A stretch of DNA of 64,000 nt from Eledone cirrhosa (taxonomy: Eukaryota): positions 170,066,001 to 170,130,000 of the forward strand of contig OZ024743.1 of NCBI GenBank assembly GCA_964016885.1. The letters run 5' to 3'. A model generated the notes under the pieces. That model did not search any database. It was not told where the DNA came from and saw only the letters and a program-made list of their open reading frames with translations. Of the stretch, positions 37,154 through 56,129 are shown piece by piece (the first letter of the stretch is position 1; the number at the start of each line of letters is the position of its first letter). Made by a program: the position numbers and the translations under genes.

Positions 37154-38503
37154 ATGATTGCACATGCGGTAGGGGCCAGCATAAAATTAACCCTTAAGGA
37201 ACATATGTTCAAATTTAATGGTAAAACATATGCCCAAGAGGAAGGAGCAGCCATTGGTGTTAGCATTGCAGGCGACATAGCTAACTTATTCATGGAATGG
37301 TGGAACAGTAGACTTAAACAAAAACTTAATGAACAATTAGAAGACAGCTTAACCCTGATAATGTACTCCCGCTACGTAGATGATATAAACATCGTAGTTA
37401 AGACACCCCCACTAAAGAACCATCAGGAACTAGAGAAAAACACAATGGAAAGCATCCAGCAAATAGCAAACTCCATCCACCAGAGCATTAGAGTTACTAT
37501 AGACTACCCAAGTAGACACCCCAACCATCGATTACCTGTACTAGACACAGAGCTCTGGTTAGATACCATTAACAACCAAAAACAAATCCTCCATTCCCAT
37601 TATGCCAAACCCATGACTTCCAAACATCTGATCCACCGAAACTCGGCCATTTCGGACCATACCAAAATCAACATACTGATTGCGGATTTGGTACGGGTGA
37701 TGAGAAATGTGTCCCGCATGTGCAACCCCGAAGAACTAGAGAGACACATACAACACTTCATCCACCGTATGCAGTTCTCTGGCTACAATCAGAGAGATAG
37801 AATCAGAGTGTATAAAGGAGCCAGAACCAAATGGGAAAAAATGGTAAATAATGACATAAATGGGACCTGCCCCTTGTATAGGAGCAAATTTTGGAATAGA
37901 ATAGAAAGAACTAGGAACAAGGCCAATAGAATAAACTCATGGTATGATAGCAATAAATACCAGAGTGTAATGTTCATCAATACAACCCCTAGAGGCGAAC
38001 TAGCCTACAAATTTAGAAGGGCCCTAAATAAACATAATCTCAATATTAAGATAGTAGAAAGACCTGGTACCTCCGTAAAAACACTTATTAGCAAGACATA
38101 CCCGTTCCAAAGACCCTCATGTATAGATAAGAAATGTATAACCTGTAAAATAAGCCCCCATATTTACTGTAAAACTAGAAATGTAGTGTATAGCATAAGA
38201 TGTACTGAAGGACAATGTAGAAACAAAAATATAGTGTACATAGGTGAGACAGCTCGTAGTATAGGGGAACGAATAAATGAACACTGGCGAGACCTCCAAG
38301 ATAATAAAGAATCATCTGTGCTCTACCAACATGCTAAGATAGAACACAGGGGTAGATTAGAGAGCATAGAAATAAAAATAGAATTCACACACAGAAAAGA
38401 CGCAATGTTTAGGCAAATTACAGAGGCAGTAAGCATAAAAGAATTAAAACCAAAATTAAATAGAAAATATGAGTGGAACAGCAACATCACAACTTACAAT
38501 TAA
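37154..38503 (+). CDS. PLE-4 RT (C-terminal half) plus GIY-YIG endonuclease, partial
   Basis: [27 protein letters not shown] linker, [27 protein letters not shown]. Confidence 0.88.
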   Translation: MIAHAVGASIKLTLKEHMFKFNGKTYAQEEGAAIGVSIAGDIANLFMEWWNSRLKQKLNEQLEDSLTLIMYSRYVDDINIVVKTPPLKNHQELEKNTMESIQQIANSIHQSIRVTIDYPSRHPNHRLPVLDTELWLDTINNQKQILHSHYAKPMTSKHLIHRNSAISDHTKINILIADLVRVMRNVSRMCNPEELERHIQHFIHRMQFSGYNQRDRIRVYKGARTKWEKMVNNDINGTCPLYRSKFWNRIERTRNKANRINSWYDSNKYQSVMFINTTPRGELAYKFRRALNKHNLNIKIVERPGTSVKTLISKTYPFQRPSCIDKKCITCKISPHIYCKTRNVVYSIRCTEGQCRNKNIVYIGETARSIGERINEHWRDLQDNKESSVLYQHAKIEHRGRLESIEIKIEFTHRKDAMFRQITEAVSIKELKPKLNRKYEWNSNITTYN

Positions 38504-38797
38504 GGACAAAATGAAAACACACATAGAACAAACAACTTACAATTAAGGACAAAATGAAAACACACACAAAATGAAAACACACACAGGACAAAATGAAAAC
38601 ACACACACTCATAGAACAAACAACCAACCAACAATAAATAAATAAATAAATAAATAAACAAATAGAAAAATGAACACAAACACACACAGACACCCGGATG
38701 TGGCGCATGTGCAAACTGAGCACACAACACACACACAGAAACAAAATGGCGTAGGATAGAAGAAAGGAAAGGCACAGAAACGAAGAAAGGAATCCCG

Positions 38798-38842
38798 AGT
38801 CACTGAAGAGGTCACAGAGTGTGTGACGAAAGGACTATGACT
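38798..38842 (+). ncRNA. Minimal type I hammerhead, PLE-4
   Basis: AGTCA CTGAAGA G GTCAC..GTGAC GAAA GGAC TA TGACT. Confidence 0.72.
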
Positions 38843-39065
38843 ATATATAAACAATTATCTGGTTGTGGAACCAACCAACCAACCAGAAATTTATAAGTTT
38901 GTAAATTTGTAAATTTATAAATTTATAAATATATAATAAATTGAAGTGAAAGCAACTGGTGCGTGTGTTTCTTATTGGCAACATGACCCTCCGAAAGTAT
39001 AACAATATCGGTTTCAACACACGATTTCAGATAAAGAATCTTGCTAAACAAATTCAGAAACGAAA

Positions 39066-42965
<3,900 letters not shown>

Positions 42966-42997
<32 letters not shown>

Positions 42998-43024
42998 CAT
43001 ATATATATACATATATATATATAC

Positions 43025-43071
<47 letters not shown>

Positions 43072-43072
43072 C

Positions 43073-43147
<75 letters not shown>

Positions 43148-43212
43148 CATATATATATATACATATATATATATACATATATATATACATATATATATAC
43201 ATATATATATAC

Positions 43213-43291
<79 letters not shown>

Positions 43292-43320
43292 CATATATAT
43301 ATATACATATATATATATAC

Positions 43321-43399
<79 letters not shown>

Positions 43400-43512
43400 C
43401 ATATATATATATACATATATATATATACATATATATATATACATATATATATATACATATACATATATATATATACATATATATATACATATATATATAC
43501 ATATATATATAT
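42966..43512. repeat. (TA)n/TATACA microsatellite
   Basis: Direct reading. Confidence 0.95.
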
Positions 43513-45652
43513 TCTCTTTTACTCTTTTACCTGTTTCAGCCATCCGGCTGAGGCCATGCTGGGGCACCGCCCTTGTTGCTACACATTTTATCTCCAGCCT
43601 GTATAGGTTGGCCACTGGTGTAGGAGGGAGTTTGTTGCTGCTGCCCTTTGGTTTCCCTCGTGTCTTGCTGTGGGCTCATCCGGGATCCTGGATAACAAGG
43701 TGTCGAGATGTTTCTTAAAGACATCCACCTCCACGTCATGCAAGTCTCGCAGATGCCTCGGCAGCCTGTTGAAGAGTTGAGGGCCCTTGAATCCCAGGCT
43801 ATTGCAATACCTGCTCCTTATTCTAGATGTGGAAGACGGGACCTTTGGCACCACACAGTGACGTCCTGTTCGACGGTTGGTCCAGCTCCCAATGCCAAAG
43901 TTTGGTGCTAGTCCCTCCAGGATTTTCCACATGTAGATCACTGCGTATCTCTCCCGTCTTCGCTCCAAGGAGTAGAGGTTCAGTTCCTTCAGCCTCTCCC
44001 AGTAGCTTGTCTCCCTCATCTTGGCAATCCTCTTGGTGTAGCTTCGCTGGATTGCCTCAAGCTCTGTGGTTAGTTTGACACTATGGGGTGACCACAGCTG
44101 GGAGCAGTAGTCCAGGTGGCTTAGGACAAAAGTCCTCCACAGTGTCAACATGGTGTCTCAATCTCTTGTAAGGAAAGTCCTCAAGATCCAGCCAGCGAAT
44201 CGTCTACATGCTGTCGCCACCTTCATGATGTGTGAAGAAAAAGATGCATCATCGCTCATGTCTATGCCCAGGTCTCGTATCGATTTTGACACGGGGATAT
44301 CGGTCCCTCCTGGTCCTGTGTAGCTGTGTTCCGCTATATTTGTGTTTGTGTTTGCAGGTTTGTATTGTAGGGCTTGGAATTTGCCAGCATTAAACTGCAT
44401 GTTGTTTTCTTCCGCCCATCTGTATATGGCATCCAGATCCTGCTGTAAGAGGGCAGCGTCAGCCGGGTTTTTGATTGCCTGTGCTACCTTAGTGTCATCA
44501 GCATAGCTAGTGAGGGATGCTGTTGCATGCACCACAGAGGGCATGTCCGAGAGAGCCACCAAAAACAGTAGTGGTCCCAGGACTGTCCCCTGAGGCACCC
44601 CACTTGTTATCGGTGTTTCCCTCGAGAGGGCCCCATTTGCTGCGACTGCCTGGCTTCTGTCCCTCAGGAAGCCATGCAGCCACTCACCTACTTTTCCAGT
44701 TATGCCGAGTCCGTGTAGTTTGTGACATATCATTCCGTGGTCGACCTTGTCAAAGGCCTTCGCAAAGTCAAGATATATCACGTCTACATGTGAGCTGTCT
44801 AGTAGCTGTCTCAGTACCCAGTCGTAGTGATGTAGCAGCTGTGTAAGGCAGCTTCTTCCTGGGCGGAAGCCATGTTGCGTGCTAGTCAGGCGGTCATTTT
44901 CTTCGAGGAAAGTGATTAGTTTCTTTCTGACGACTCGCTCCATGACCTTACTGATATGCGACGTCAGGGAGACTGGCCTATAGTTCTTGGCCTCCGCTCT
45001 ACTACCTCCTTTATGGATAGGGCATATTGTGCCTTCTTTCAGCTCCCTGGGTAGTACACCGCTAGCCAAGGAGCTTTTGAAGAGCATCTTCAGTGGAGTT
45101 GCTAAGGCCCGCTTACATATTTTTAGGAGAACTGCTGGGAATCCATCAGGTCCAGCAGCCGAGTCTGTTCTAATTTCATCAATGGCGTACACCACATCCT
45201 CCTCCGTTATGTCTATGTGGTTGATGGTTGCCATTTCTTGATGTAGTGTTGTGGCATCAAAGAACTCCTCTGGCTTCGTTATTTGCATGTGCCTCAGTGG
45301 ACATGTGAAGACACTTTTGTACTGTTCGTTCAGTATTTCACATATCTCTTGGGGATTTTCGGTTAATGAACCGTCCGTGTGGAAGAGTGGTCCAATCTTG
45401 CAGTGTACTGAGGCAGTTTCTTTTGCAAATTTAAAGAAGGCCTTAGGGTTTGTTTTAATGTTTTCTATGGCCCTGTTCTCTTTCCTTGCCCTCTCATTCT
45501 CATGTGAAAGCTTGAGTGCAATCTCGGTGTCAAGTAGTGCACGTTTCAAATAGGATTCCTTCTTGTTTTGGTTTTGTTGACTATTCAACTGGTTTGAGAG
45601 TTTAGTTCTACGTCTCATAAGGATTTTCCTATCTCTGGGAATAAGATTTTTG
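43513..45652 (-). mobile_element. CR1-group LINE family A copy, 5'-truncated, with one CGA-to-TGA nonsense at 44158
   Basis: Near-identical to 1-1985 in inverted orientation. Confidence 0.94.
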
Positions 45653-46166
<514 letters not shown>

Positions 46167-46295
46167 GTAGGAGGTGAGTTTTATTGTAGTACAATAATAA
46201 AGCAATGCAGATATCGGATAAGAAGCACTCTACAGTTTGTGGGACTGGAGTATGCATAATATAAGATCAAAAGATGGTTAAAGGAGTTCCATATA

Positions 46296-46362
46296 TTTTA
46301 TTATGCGCATTTCAAAAACAAACATCATCAAACAATAATATTTGTGTTTTCATCAGATAAAA
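46296..46362 (-). ncRNA. Type I hammerhead (PLE-1 family)
   Basis: TTTTAT CTGATGA ... GAAA TGCGCA TA ATAAAA. Confidence 0.78.
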
Positions 46363-46503
46363 CAGGAGAACATGATATGAAGGCTAAAAAACACTTGTTG
46401 ATAGTGCAGTTTTAAATCAACATATTAAATCAACATATTCATATGTTGATTTAAAACTGCACTATCAACAAGTGTTTTTTAGCCTTCATATCATGTTCTC
46501 CTG

Positions 46504-46570
46504 TTTTATCTGATGAAAACACAAATATTATTGCTTGATGATGTTTGTTTTTGAAATGCGCATAATAAAA
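46504..46570 (+). ncRNA. Type I hammerhead (PLE-1 family), inverted arm
   Basis: TTTTAT CTGATGA AAACACAAA..TTTGTTTTT GAAA TGCGCA TA ATAAAA; palindromic stem III ATGCGCAT. Confidence 0.78.
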
Positions 46571-46602
46571 TATATGGAACTCCTTTAACCATCTTTTGAT
46601 CT

Positions 46603-46663
<61 letters not shown>

Positions 46664-46665
<2 letters not shown>

Positions 46666-46836
46666 CTCTTTTACTCTTTTAACTGTTCCAGCCATCCGTC
46701 TGAGGCCATGCTGGGGCACCGCTCTTGTTGCTACATATTTTATCTCCACCTTGTATTGGTTGGCCACTGGTGTAAGAGGGAGTTTGTTGCTGCTGCCCTT
46801 AGGTTAACCTCGTGCCTTGCTGTGGGCTCATCCGGG
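46664..46836 (-). mobile_element. CR1-group family A 3' end fragment
   Basis: Reverse complement of 19283-19452. Confidence 0.88.
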
Positions 46837-48208
46837 AGGAAAAACAATTATCAGAAAAATAAAAAGAACAAACAAAAAAATTAACACACTAAAATATTGC
46901 CAACAGCAACACATACATTCAATGGCTATCACCCTGCTGAGTAAAAAAAATATAACCTCCTGCAATGCATGATGACCATCATCAATAACCAGAGAATAGC
47001 TGAAGAGAGGTAGGCCATTGAGAAAATCAAACTCAACCCCCAAAATGTTCTTCTCATTCACTAAAAAACACAAGGTGACAGTCTCCACTGTTGGCCCCTA
47101 GTTGATGAAAATGGCACACTCCAGGACAATGCCAAAACCATGGCCGAGATACTGCAGAAACAATACTGCTCTGTTTTCAGCAACCCTGATATGGCCGATC
47201 TGGGCCGTATCAGTGATGTTAATCCCCAACACACTATATCAGACATAACGTTTGGCGCTCCTGATGTCTTAGCAGCAATAAACAAAATTAATCACAATTC
47301 AGCAGTAGGCCCCGACAGGTTCCCTGCTTGTGTCCTGAAGGTGTGTCGACACCAACTTGCAACTCCTCTTGCTAATCTGTGGAGGAACTCACTGGACACT
47401 GGCTATATTCCTGAAAACTTTCTGTCACAGTCTTCAAAAAGGGAAATAATCTTGCAGTGAACTACTGTCCGATCTCACTCACCTCTCATATTATCAAGGT
47501 ATTTGAGAGGGTGGTGAGATCACGAATAACCCACTTTCTTGAACGCAACGGCCTGCTGAACTCCAACCAACATGGGTTTTGTAATGGAAGGGACTGCCTA
47601 ACGCAGCTCCTGCATCACTTTGACGATGTTTTGAGAGCCTTGGGAGAGGGCTCCAACACTGATGTCATCTACTTTGATTTCAGCAAGGCCTTCGACAGGG
47701 TTGATCATAAGATTCTACTGAAAAAACTATCCAATGTTGGTGTCTCTGGAAGGTTACTACAGTGGATCAAATGTTTCCTGACAGGCAGAACCCAGCATGT
47801 TGTAGTCGAAGGAGTAAAATCAAGCCCTGCCAAAGTCAGCAGTTCTTTTCATCATCTACATTAATGACATTACTGACATCATCAAACATCACAATCTTTG
47901 CAGATTATTCCAAGCTCCAAAGGGTCATCAATGAGGTGGGTGACCGGACTTGCCTTCAGTCAGACCTACTGGCTGTTATCCAATGGGCAGAGATGAATAA
48001 TATGCTGTTGAATGAGGATAAATTTGAACTAATCCACTTTGGAAAAAAGGATGCCCTGAAACTACCATATTCTCTTCCTTCGGGTAAAACGCTAGTGGCT
48101 TCCAATAACATCAGAGACCTGGGAGTAATTGTGGACAACAATATAAGCTGGGCCACTCATATAAACAGCTAAGTTGATATGGCCGCAGAATGTGTTCCTG
48201 GATTCTTG
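46837..48208 (+). mobile_element. CR1-group family B, older decayed copy
   Basis: Homologous to 31125-32520 (minus strand) with many frameshifts and loss of the GVPQG motif. Confidence 0.88.
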
Positions 48209-49139
48209 TAAGCTTACAAATTTAGAAGTGCCCTAGATAAACATAAATTCAATATTAAGATAGTAGAAAGACCAGGTACCTACATAAAAGCACTTATTAG
48301 CAATACATACCCTTTTCAAAGACCTCCCTGTATAGATAAGAAATGTATAATCTGTAAATTAAGCCCCCATATTAACTGTAAAACTAGAAATGTAGTATAT
48401 AGCATAAGATGTACTGAAAAACAATGTAGAGATAAGAATATAGTGTACATAGGTGAGACAGCTCGTAGTATAGGGGAACAGATAATTGAACACTGGCGAG
48501 ACCTTCAAGATAGTAAAGAATCATCTGTACTCTACCAACATGCTAAAATAGAACATAAGGGTAAATTAGAGAACATAGAAATAAAAATAGAATCTACACA
48601 CAGAAAAGACGCAATGTTTAGACAAATCACAGAGGCAATACACATAAATGAACTCCAACCAAACATGAATGGAACAGCAACATCACAACTTACAATTAAA
48701 TGAAAACACACACATAGAACAAACAACCAACCAGTAACATGTAAATAAATAAATAAATAAACAAATATAAACACACACAGACACCCGGAGGTAACACATG
48801 CGCAAACTAAGCACACAACACACACAAAAACAAGATGACGTAGGACAAAACAAAGGAGAGGCACAAAAACAAAGAAAAGAATCCCCAGTCACTGAAGAAG
48901 TCACAGAATGAGTGACGAAAGAACTTTGACAATATATAAACAATCATCTGGTTGTGGAACCAACCAACCAACCGGAAATTTATAAATTCCTAAATTTATA
49001 AATTTATTATAATAAATTGAAGTGAAAGCAACTGGTGCATGTGTTTCTTATTGGCAACATGACCCTCCCAAAGTATAACAATATCGGTTTCAACACGCGT
49101 TTTCAGATAAAGAATCTTGCTAAACAAATTCAGAAACGA

Positions 49140-49141
<2 letters not shown>
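48209..49141 (+). mobile_element. PLE-4 diverged 3' fragment (GIY-YIG plus 3' UTR)
   Basis: Matches 38000-39065; YIGETARS; same 3' end. Confidence 0.88.
48887..48930 (+). ncRNA. Minimal type I hammerhead, PLE-4 family
   Basis: GTCA CTGAAGA A GTCAC..GTGAC GAAA GAAC TT TGAC. Confidence 0.68.
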
Positions 49142-49176
<35 letters not shown>

Positions 49177-49193
49177 ATATTTATACATATATA

Positions 49194-49250
<57 letters not shown>

Positions 49251-49252
<2 letters not shown>

Positions 49253-51097
49253 CGGAAATAGTTGCTGAAATGCTGAAAGCATCTGGAACGGTGGGACACA
49301 CTATGGTCACTCGGATAGTAAACCAAATCATACAGAATGGGGTCGTTCCGAAGGACTGGTGCAGCAGCATCATCATTAACTGCTACAAGGGTAAAGGTGA
49401 TGCCCTAGATAGGGGAAACTATAGAGGCATTAAATTAATTGACCAGGTCATGAAGGTCACAGAAAAAGTAATAGCGCAACTAATCAGAGAGCGAATTGAT
49501 CTAGACGAAATATAGTTTGGGTTTGTGTCAGGTAAAAGTACAAAAGACGCTCTCTTCATTGTACGACAACTACAGGAGAAGTACCTAGCTAAAAGTAAAC
49601 CCCCTATACTTAACCTTTGTTGACTTGGAGAAAGCCTTTGACAGAGTACCCCGCTCGATTATCTGGTGGGCCCTTAGAAAACTAGGTGTTGATGAATGGC
49701 TTGTGAGAGCTATACAAGACATGTATAAAGAAACAGTCAGCAAGGTTAGAATTAACAACGAATATAGTGAAGAGTTTAGCGTAAAAGTTGGTGTTCATCA
49801 GGGCTCCGTCCTTAGCCCCCTACTATTTATTATTACCCTTCAGGCTATAACAGAGGAGTTCAAGACCGGCTGCCCATGGGAACTCCTATATGCAGATGAT
49901 CTAACGCTCATAGCTGAATCAATGGCGGAACTAGAGAAGAAATTCCAAATATGGAAGCATGGCCTAGAATCAAAACGCCTTAAAGTTAACTTGTCTAAGA
50001 CTAAAGTTCTAGTTTGTAGGAAGGAAAATAGGGCACCGGTCCCATCTGGGAAATGGCCATGCTCAGTGTGTAGGAAAGGAGTAGGCAGAAACTCCATTTT
50101 ATGTCCCAAATGCAAAGTATGGGTGCATAAAAGATGTAGTGGGATCACAGGTAAGCTAACTAAGAATATAGATTTTATATGTGGCCGGTGCTCATGGGCA
50201 ATAAGTAGCAGCAAGTGCCTGCAGAATACTAGCTCCTTCCATTGCACAGATGATTCTATAGAAATAATGGACAGCTTCCGTTACCTGGGTGACAAAATCA
50301 GCAGTGGTGGAGGGTGCTCTGAAAGTACAGTAGCTAGAGGCAGAACGGGATGGAAAAAGTTCAGAGAGCTTATACCACTATTGGCCGCTAAAGGGTTTTC
50401 TCTAAAAATTAAATGCAGGCTGTATGATGCCTGCATAGGAACAGCAAGGTTACATGGTAGTGAGACCTGGGCATTGTGTGCAGAGGATATACGCAGACTG
50501 GAGAGGAACGAAGCTTGCATGCTCTGCTGGATGTGTAATAGTAATATACGTGAACGGCAAAGCATAAACGAACTAAGCAAGAAATTAGGAATAAGAGGGA
50601 TCAGATGTTGTTACTCGAGAGAAGACTACGTTGGTACGGTCACGTGATGCGCATGAAAGACGACAGCTGTATAAAAAAAGTGCAGGGCGATAAAAATAGA
50701 CGGTAGCCACGGAGTAGGCAGACCCAGAAAAACCTGGGACGACTTGATAAATTCCGACCTCACACACTTACACCTCTCCAAGACAATGTCACTGTACCAA
50801 GATCTTTGGCACTACACAGTTATACAGAAGACCTGCCTTGCCTAAGTACAAAGCGAAACCTACAGTCAGTAGGCACCTCTAACACAATACACCCCCGTCC
50901 GACTACCCCCACCCCATCCACACCACCCCCTTAAATGTGAAGTTATGTTGGTACCACAACATCCAGTCCGAAACAAATGAGGTCGTGTAGGTGTCACGAC
51001 AAAAAAAACACACAGTCCACGCTGTAATGTGGCCATGTAGGTAATACGGTAAAAATCTCCCAGTACACATTGTAAACGTGGTTGGTGTTGGGAAGTG
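49251..51097 (+). mobile_element. RTE-clade LINE (third lineage, related to RTE-2), decayed
   Basis: AEMLKASG, NYRGIKL, EKAFDRVPR, LLYADD, PHD-like finger, GSETW, GRPRKTW; Ceph-like 3' UTR relic at about 51060-51095. Confidence 0.9.
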
Positions 51098-51194
51098 CAC
51101 TTGTCTCCTAGCTTCCCTCCTGGCCACTTGATAGTCTTCTCTACTTCCCCCATCCCGCCATGCTTTCCAAGCCTGCTTTTTGGCCTTGATTGAC

Positions 51195-51197
<3 letters not shown>
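51096..51197 (-). mobile_element. Inverted RTE ORF2 fragment
   Basis: Minus strand encodes [30 protein letters not shown]. Confidence 0.7.
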
Positions 51198-52802
<1,605 letters not shown>

Positions 52803-53297
52803 TTAATACAATAACAGAGATAGTTTAAAGCTAAACTCTGACTGGTAACCATCTCACTCAACAAACATTAGGTTATATTAAAATATAAACCCAATTTAAG
52901 TGTTTGGGGTGCTAACAATATGTATAATGTGGAAAAACCAGTTGTATTATTTTATGAGATATAATTAAAGTTAAAGTATATCTCTCTTTCCAAACAATTG
53001 TTTCATTATAAGTTTTCTACAAGTTTGGGAGAATGTTTCCAGTTTATGTAGAAGCCTAATATATATTCATGTAAGAATATATTTAGGTGGGCACTTATAA
53101 ATCGTCAGTGGAAGCCCATTAAACATTGATATAAGAAAACAATTTCTTACCGCTGTCAAAAATCATGTCCGTAAAGTTGGTCTCCCTCACCACGAATGAC
53201 CGCTAAATTTGAAATTCCAGCAGTTTTTGACTGAGGAAGTATCATAGCGACACGAAGCGGGAAGGGGAGACAACCCACGAAATGAGGAAAAAGAAAA

Positions 53298-53838
53298 TAA
53301 TATACACGCGGGTTAATTAGTTTTTTTGAAAACATTATCAATCCAACGTGTTTAAGAATTCAATTGAAAATAAAAAAATAAATATATGCTTGTATAAATT
53401 ACACACGCATATAGATATTTTCTTAGGCTAAATCAGAAGTTGTACCCGAATAAGAACCGCTTCTCATAACCGCAGTAAATGCAGAAAGTTATGCTATAAA
53501 GGGCAAATGGGAATATAATTCTCCTGCCGAATTATTAAGAGTAAAATATAAAACACACGCGGGTTAAATAGTTATTTCAAAACCAATATTAATTCCTCGT
53601 GTAAAGAACTCAATTAATAAAAGAAAATAAATACATATATGGATGTAATTATATACGTAAGCATATATATATATTTTCCTAGGCTAAAAAACAGAGAATT
53701 TACAACCCCAAAAAAGCCACAATATTTCACAACAGTAATAAATACGGAAAGTCAAATTCATAAGGTACCTGGAAATAAACACCTCTGGCCATTCAAGAGT
53801 AAATATTTAATACAATATATATTTATATATATATATAA

Positions 53839-53889
<51 letters not shown>

Positions 53890-53901
53890 TATATATATAT
53901 T

Positions 53902-53988
<87 letters not shown>

Positions 53989-54405
53989 TAAAATAACAGA
54001 TTAAAGTTTAAGCAAAGAATCGCTGCTTTCACTCTTAACGGGATCTTCCGAAACTAACAAAGTCAATCTGTAAACGCAGAAATGGATATTTGAAAAAACG
54101 TTGCAACCTGAGGAAGACAGGAAGACGATACTTTGGTTCGTGGAAACGTTCGCTGGCAAAGAACGGGAAAAAATGAAAATAATACGTCATTAATAAGAGT
54201 GGTGAAAAACAATTACGTGCAAAGACAGAACCACGTTTATGGTATAAAAGAGGTCGTAGACTAATGTTCCCTTAGGTGGTTCATAGAGACGTTCTCTGGC
54301 AATGAACGAAAAAAACGAAGATAATACGTCATATGTGGAGCGTGGAGAACAATAGCACGCCAAGACAAAACTACGTAAATGGTATAGCAGAAGTCGTAGA
54401 CTAAA
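53298..54405. repeat. Two diverged local duplications (53298-53470 vs 53550-53730; 54145-54265 vs 54289-54405)
   Basis: ACACGCGGGTTAA..TAGGCTAAA occurs twice; CGTTC.CTGGCAA.GAACG..ATAATACGTCAT..GTCGTAGACTAA occurs twice. Confidence 0.65.
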
Positions 54406-55094
54406 ATTCTAACTAGGAGACCAAATGAATCTCCGCTACAGAGTTAAGAACAAAGTAAATAAATACAATACAGAAGTAATAGAAACTTATATAAATACAT
54501 ACACGCAAACAAATACGTACATACACAAGTATACGCAGAACACTTACCATCGGTATACAAAACCACGCACATATAAATATGTGTATGTGTGTATGAGTGT
54601 ATACAAATAAATAAATAATTATATAAACGTATATAAATAAATAAATACGTATATAACAAGCGCACACACATACCTACATGTAAATACACGAATGTTCGGA
54701 GACGTAAGTCAACCAAAACATGAAGTACACATATACACACACCCTACATACGTACGAACCTGCATACTCACACAGACGCAAAACTCCCGTATACACATAG
54801 CCAAACCATATGTACCAGAATATATAAAATTATACGCCATAACATAAACAATCAAATATACGTACGAGAAGGTATACATACCTTCACAAAACATACGGGT
54901 AAAATATACTTACCTATGCAAATAAGTAATGGTATAAACAAAACATACTTAGCTCCCACATCAAGACGTAAAATATCCACGTATAAATCGTACTATCCGT
55001 TAGGGTTTAACGTGGAGCTGTAATACAGGAAAGTTTTGTGCAATTTATGTTTACAAGCCGAAATTGCCTCAGATTTTTATATATATATATATTT

Positions 55095-55143
55095 ATATAA
55101 TCGAATAATGTACACCATTTTACCAGGGGGAAAAAATACTGGT

Positions 55144-55194
<51 letters not shown>

Positions 55195-55956
55195 CACACA
55201 CACATACACACGCGTACATCAACATACAAAGAGACTTATATACACACGCACTTCTCCGTATAAGACAAAAGCTGAAAAATATCTTTTGACATGCTAAAAT
55301 ACCCCCCATTGCTTTCAGACACATTCTTACTTACCATCCCTGCCACCACGAATTACTCTGCTATACACACACACACACACACACACTTATCTTAATAGCC
55401 ATTTGACACACATCTCTGCTAACCATTATCACAACATCGAACACCTTACTACTACTACTACACACACCCACACACACACATATTTGTTGTGAAAGAGTCT
55501 TTTCTCAATCTTGGCGCAAAACCAATTTTTTATTCACATGACCTCTACCGACCAATCAAAATTGTTTTGACCACAAGAATTGTTGCTGGAGCCACTTTTT
55601 TAACATAAAAACAGTCTTGGCGCAAAATCAATTTTTTACACTCACATGACCTCTACCGACCAATCAAAATTGTTTTGACCACAAGAAATTTTGCAACACC
55701 AAAATAACGCTGGAGCCACTTTTTTAACATAAAAACAGGTAGAATTCCCAAAACTAATCAGATCAGAGCAAACAGCACGGACACTCTATCTCAAAATTAT
55801 TTTTGAAAAGCATTTAGAAATGCGCAACCGGTAAAAACTTAAAAACTTAAAACCACAACTGAATACTAACCCATACAATCACTAATACTCTTTTATTCCT
55901 AATTAAACCATTTTTCAACTGTGAACAATTTGTCAGCATTTTCTATTCCGTTTACC
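55095..55956 (-). mobile_element. Second, partial copy of the long-TIR MITE-like element
   Basis: Reverse complement of about 20835-21610; internal duplication of about 105 bp at 55510-55735; same terminus CCGTTTACC. Confidence 0.8.
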
Positions 55957-56063
55957 AATATATTTATATATATATATATATTTATATATATATTTATATA
56001 TATATTTAAATATATATATATACGATATTAAACAAATGGAAACTATATTTATAAAACCATATT

Positions 56064-56129
56064 TATTTCATTATACATATTTCAGGGATACCATATTAAA
56101 AATATAGCATGCCTTCTTCAGATAAAGTA
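56064..56129 (-). ncRNA. Type I hammerhead, inverted arm
   Basis: TACTTTAT CTGAAGA AGGCATGCTATA..TATGGTATCCCT GAAA TATGTA TA ATGAAATA. Confidence 0.72.

Larger units (their letters stand above)
37141..39065 (+). mobile_element. Penelope-like element PLE-4 (YVDD type), 5'-truncated
   Basis: Open RT C-half plus GIY-YIG ORF; A-rich 3' UTR with short tandem repeats and a hammerhead; 3' end CAGAAACGAAA into (TA)n. Confidence 0.9.
46166..46610 (-). mobile_element. PLE-1 3'-terminal fragment folded back into a palindrome with arms of about 170 bp
   Basis: 46166-46425 matches 3584-3842; 46256-46425 is the reverse complement of 46441-46610. Confidence 0.87.

Noticed and set aside
38487-38620. Short AAAATGAAAACAC repeats as a CRISPR-like array
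   Set aside because: Irregular tandem duplications in a PLE 3' UTR with no unique spacers, in eukaryotic context.
44158-44160. TGA splitting the family A ORF as programmed readthrough
   Set aside because: The copy at 1338 has CGA, so this is a CpG transition.
54020-54155. CTGAGGA...GAAACG and minus-strand CGGAAGA...GAAA hammerhead-like strings
   Set aside because: Stems do not pair convincingly.
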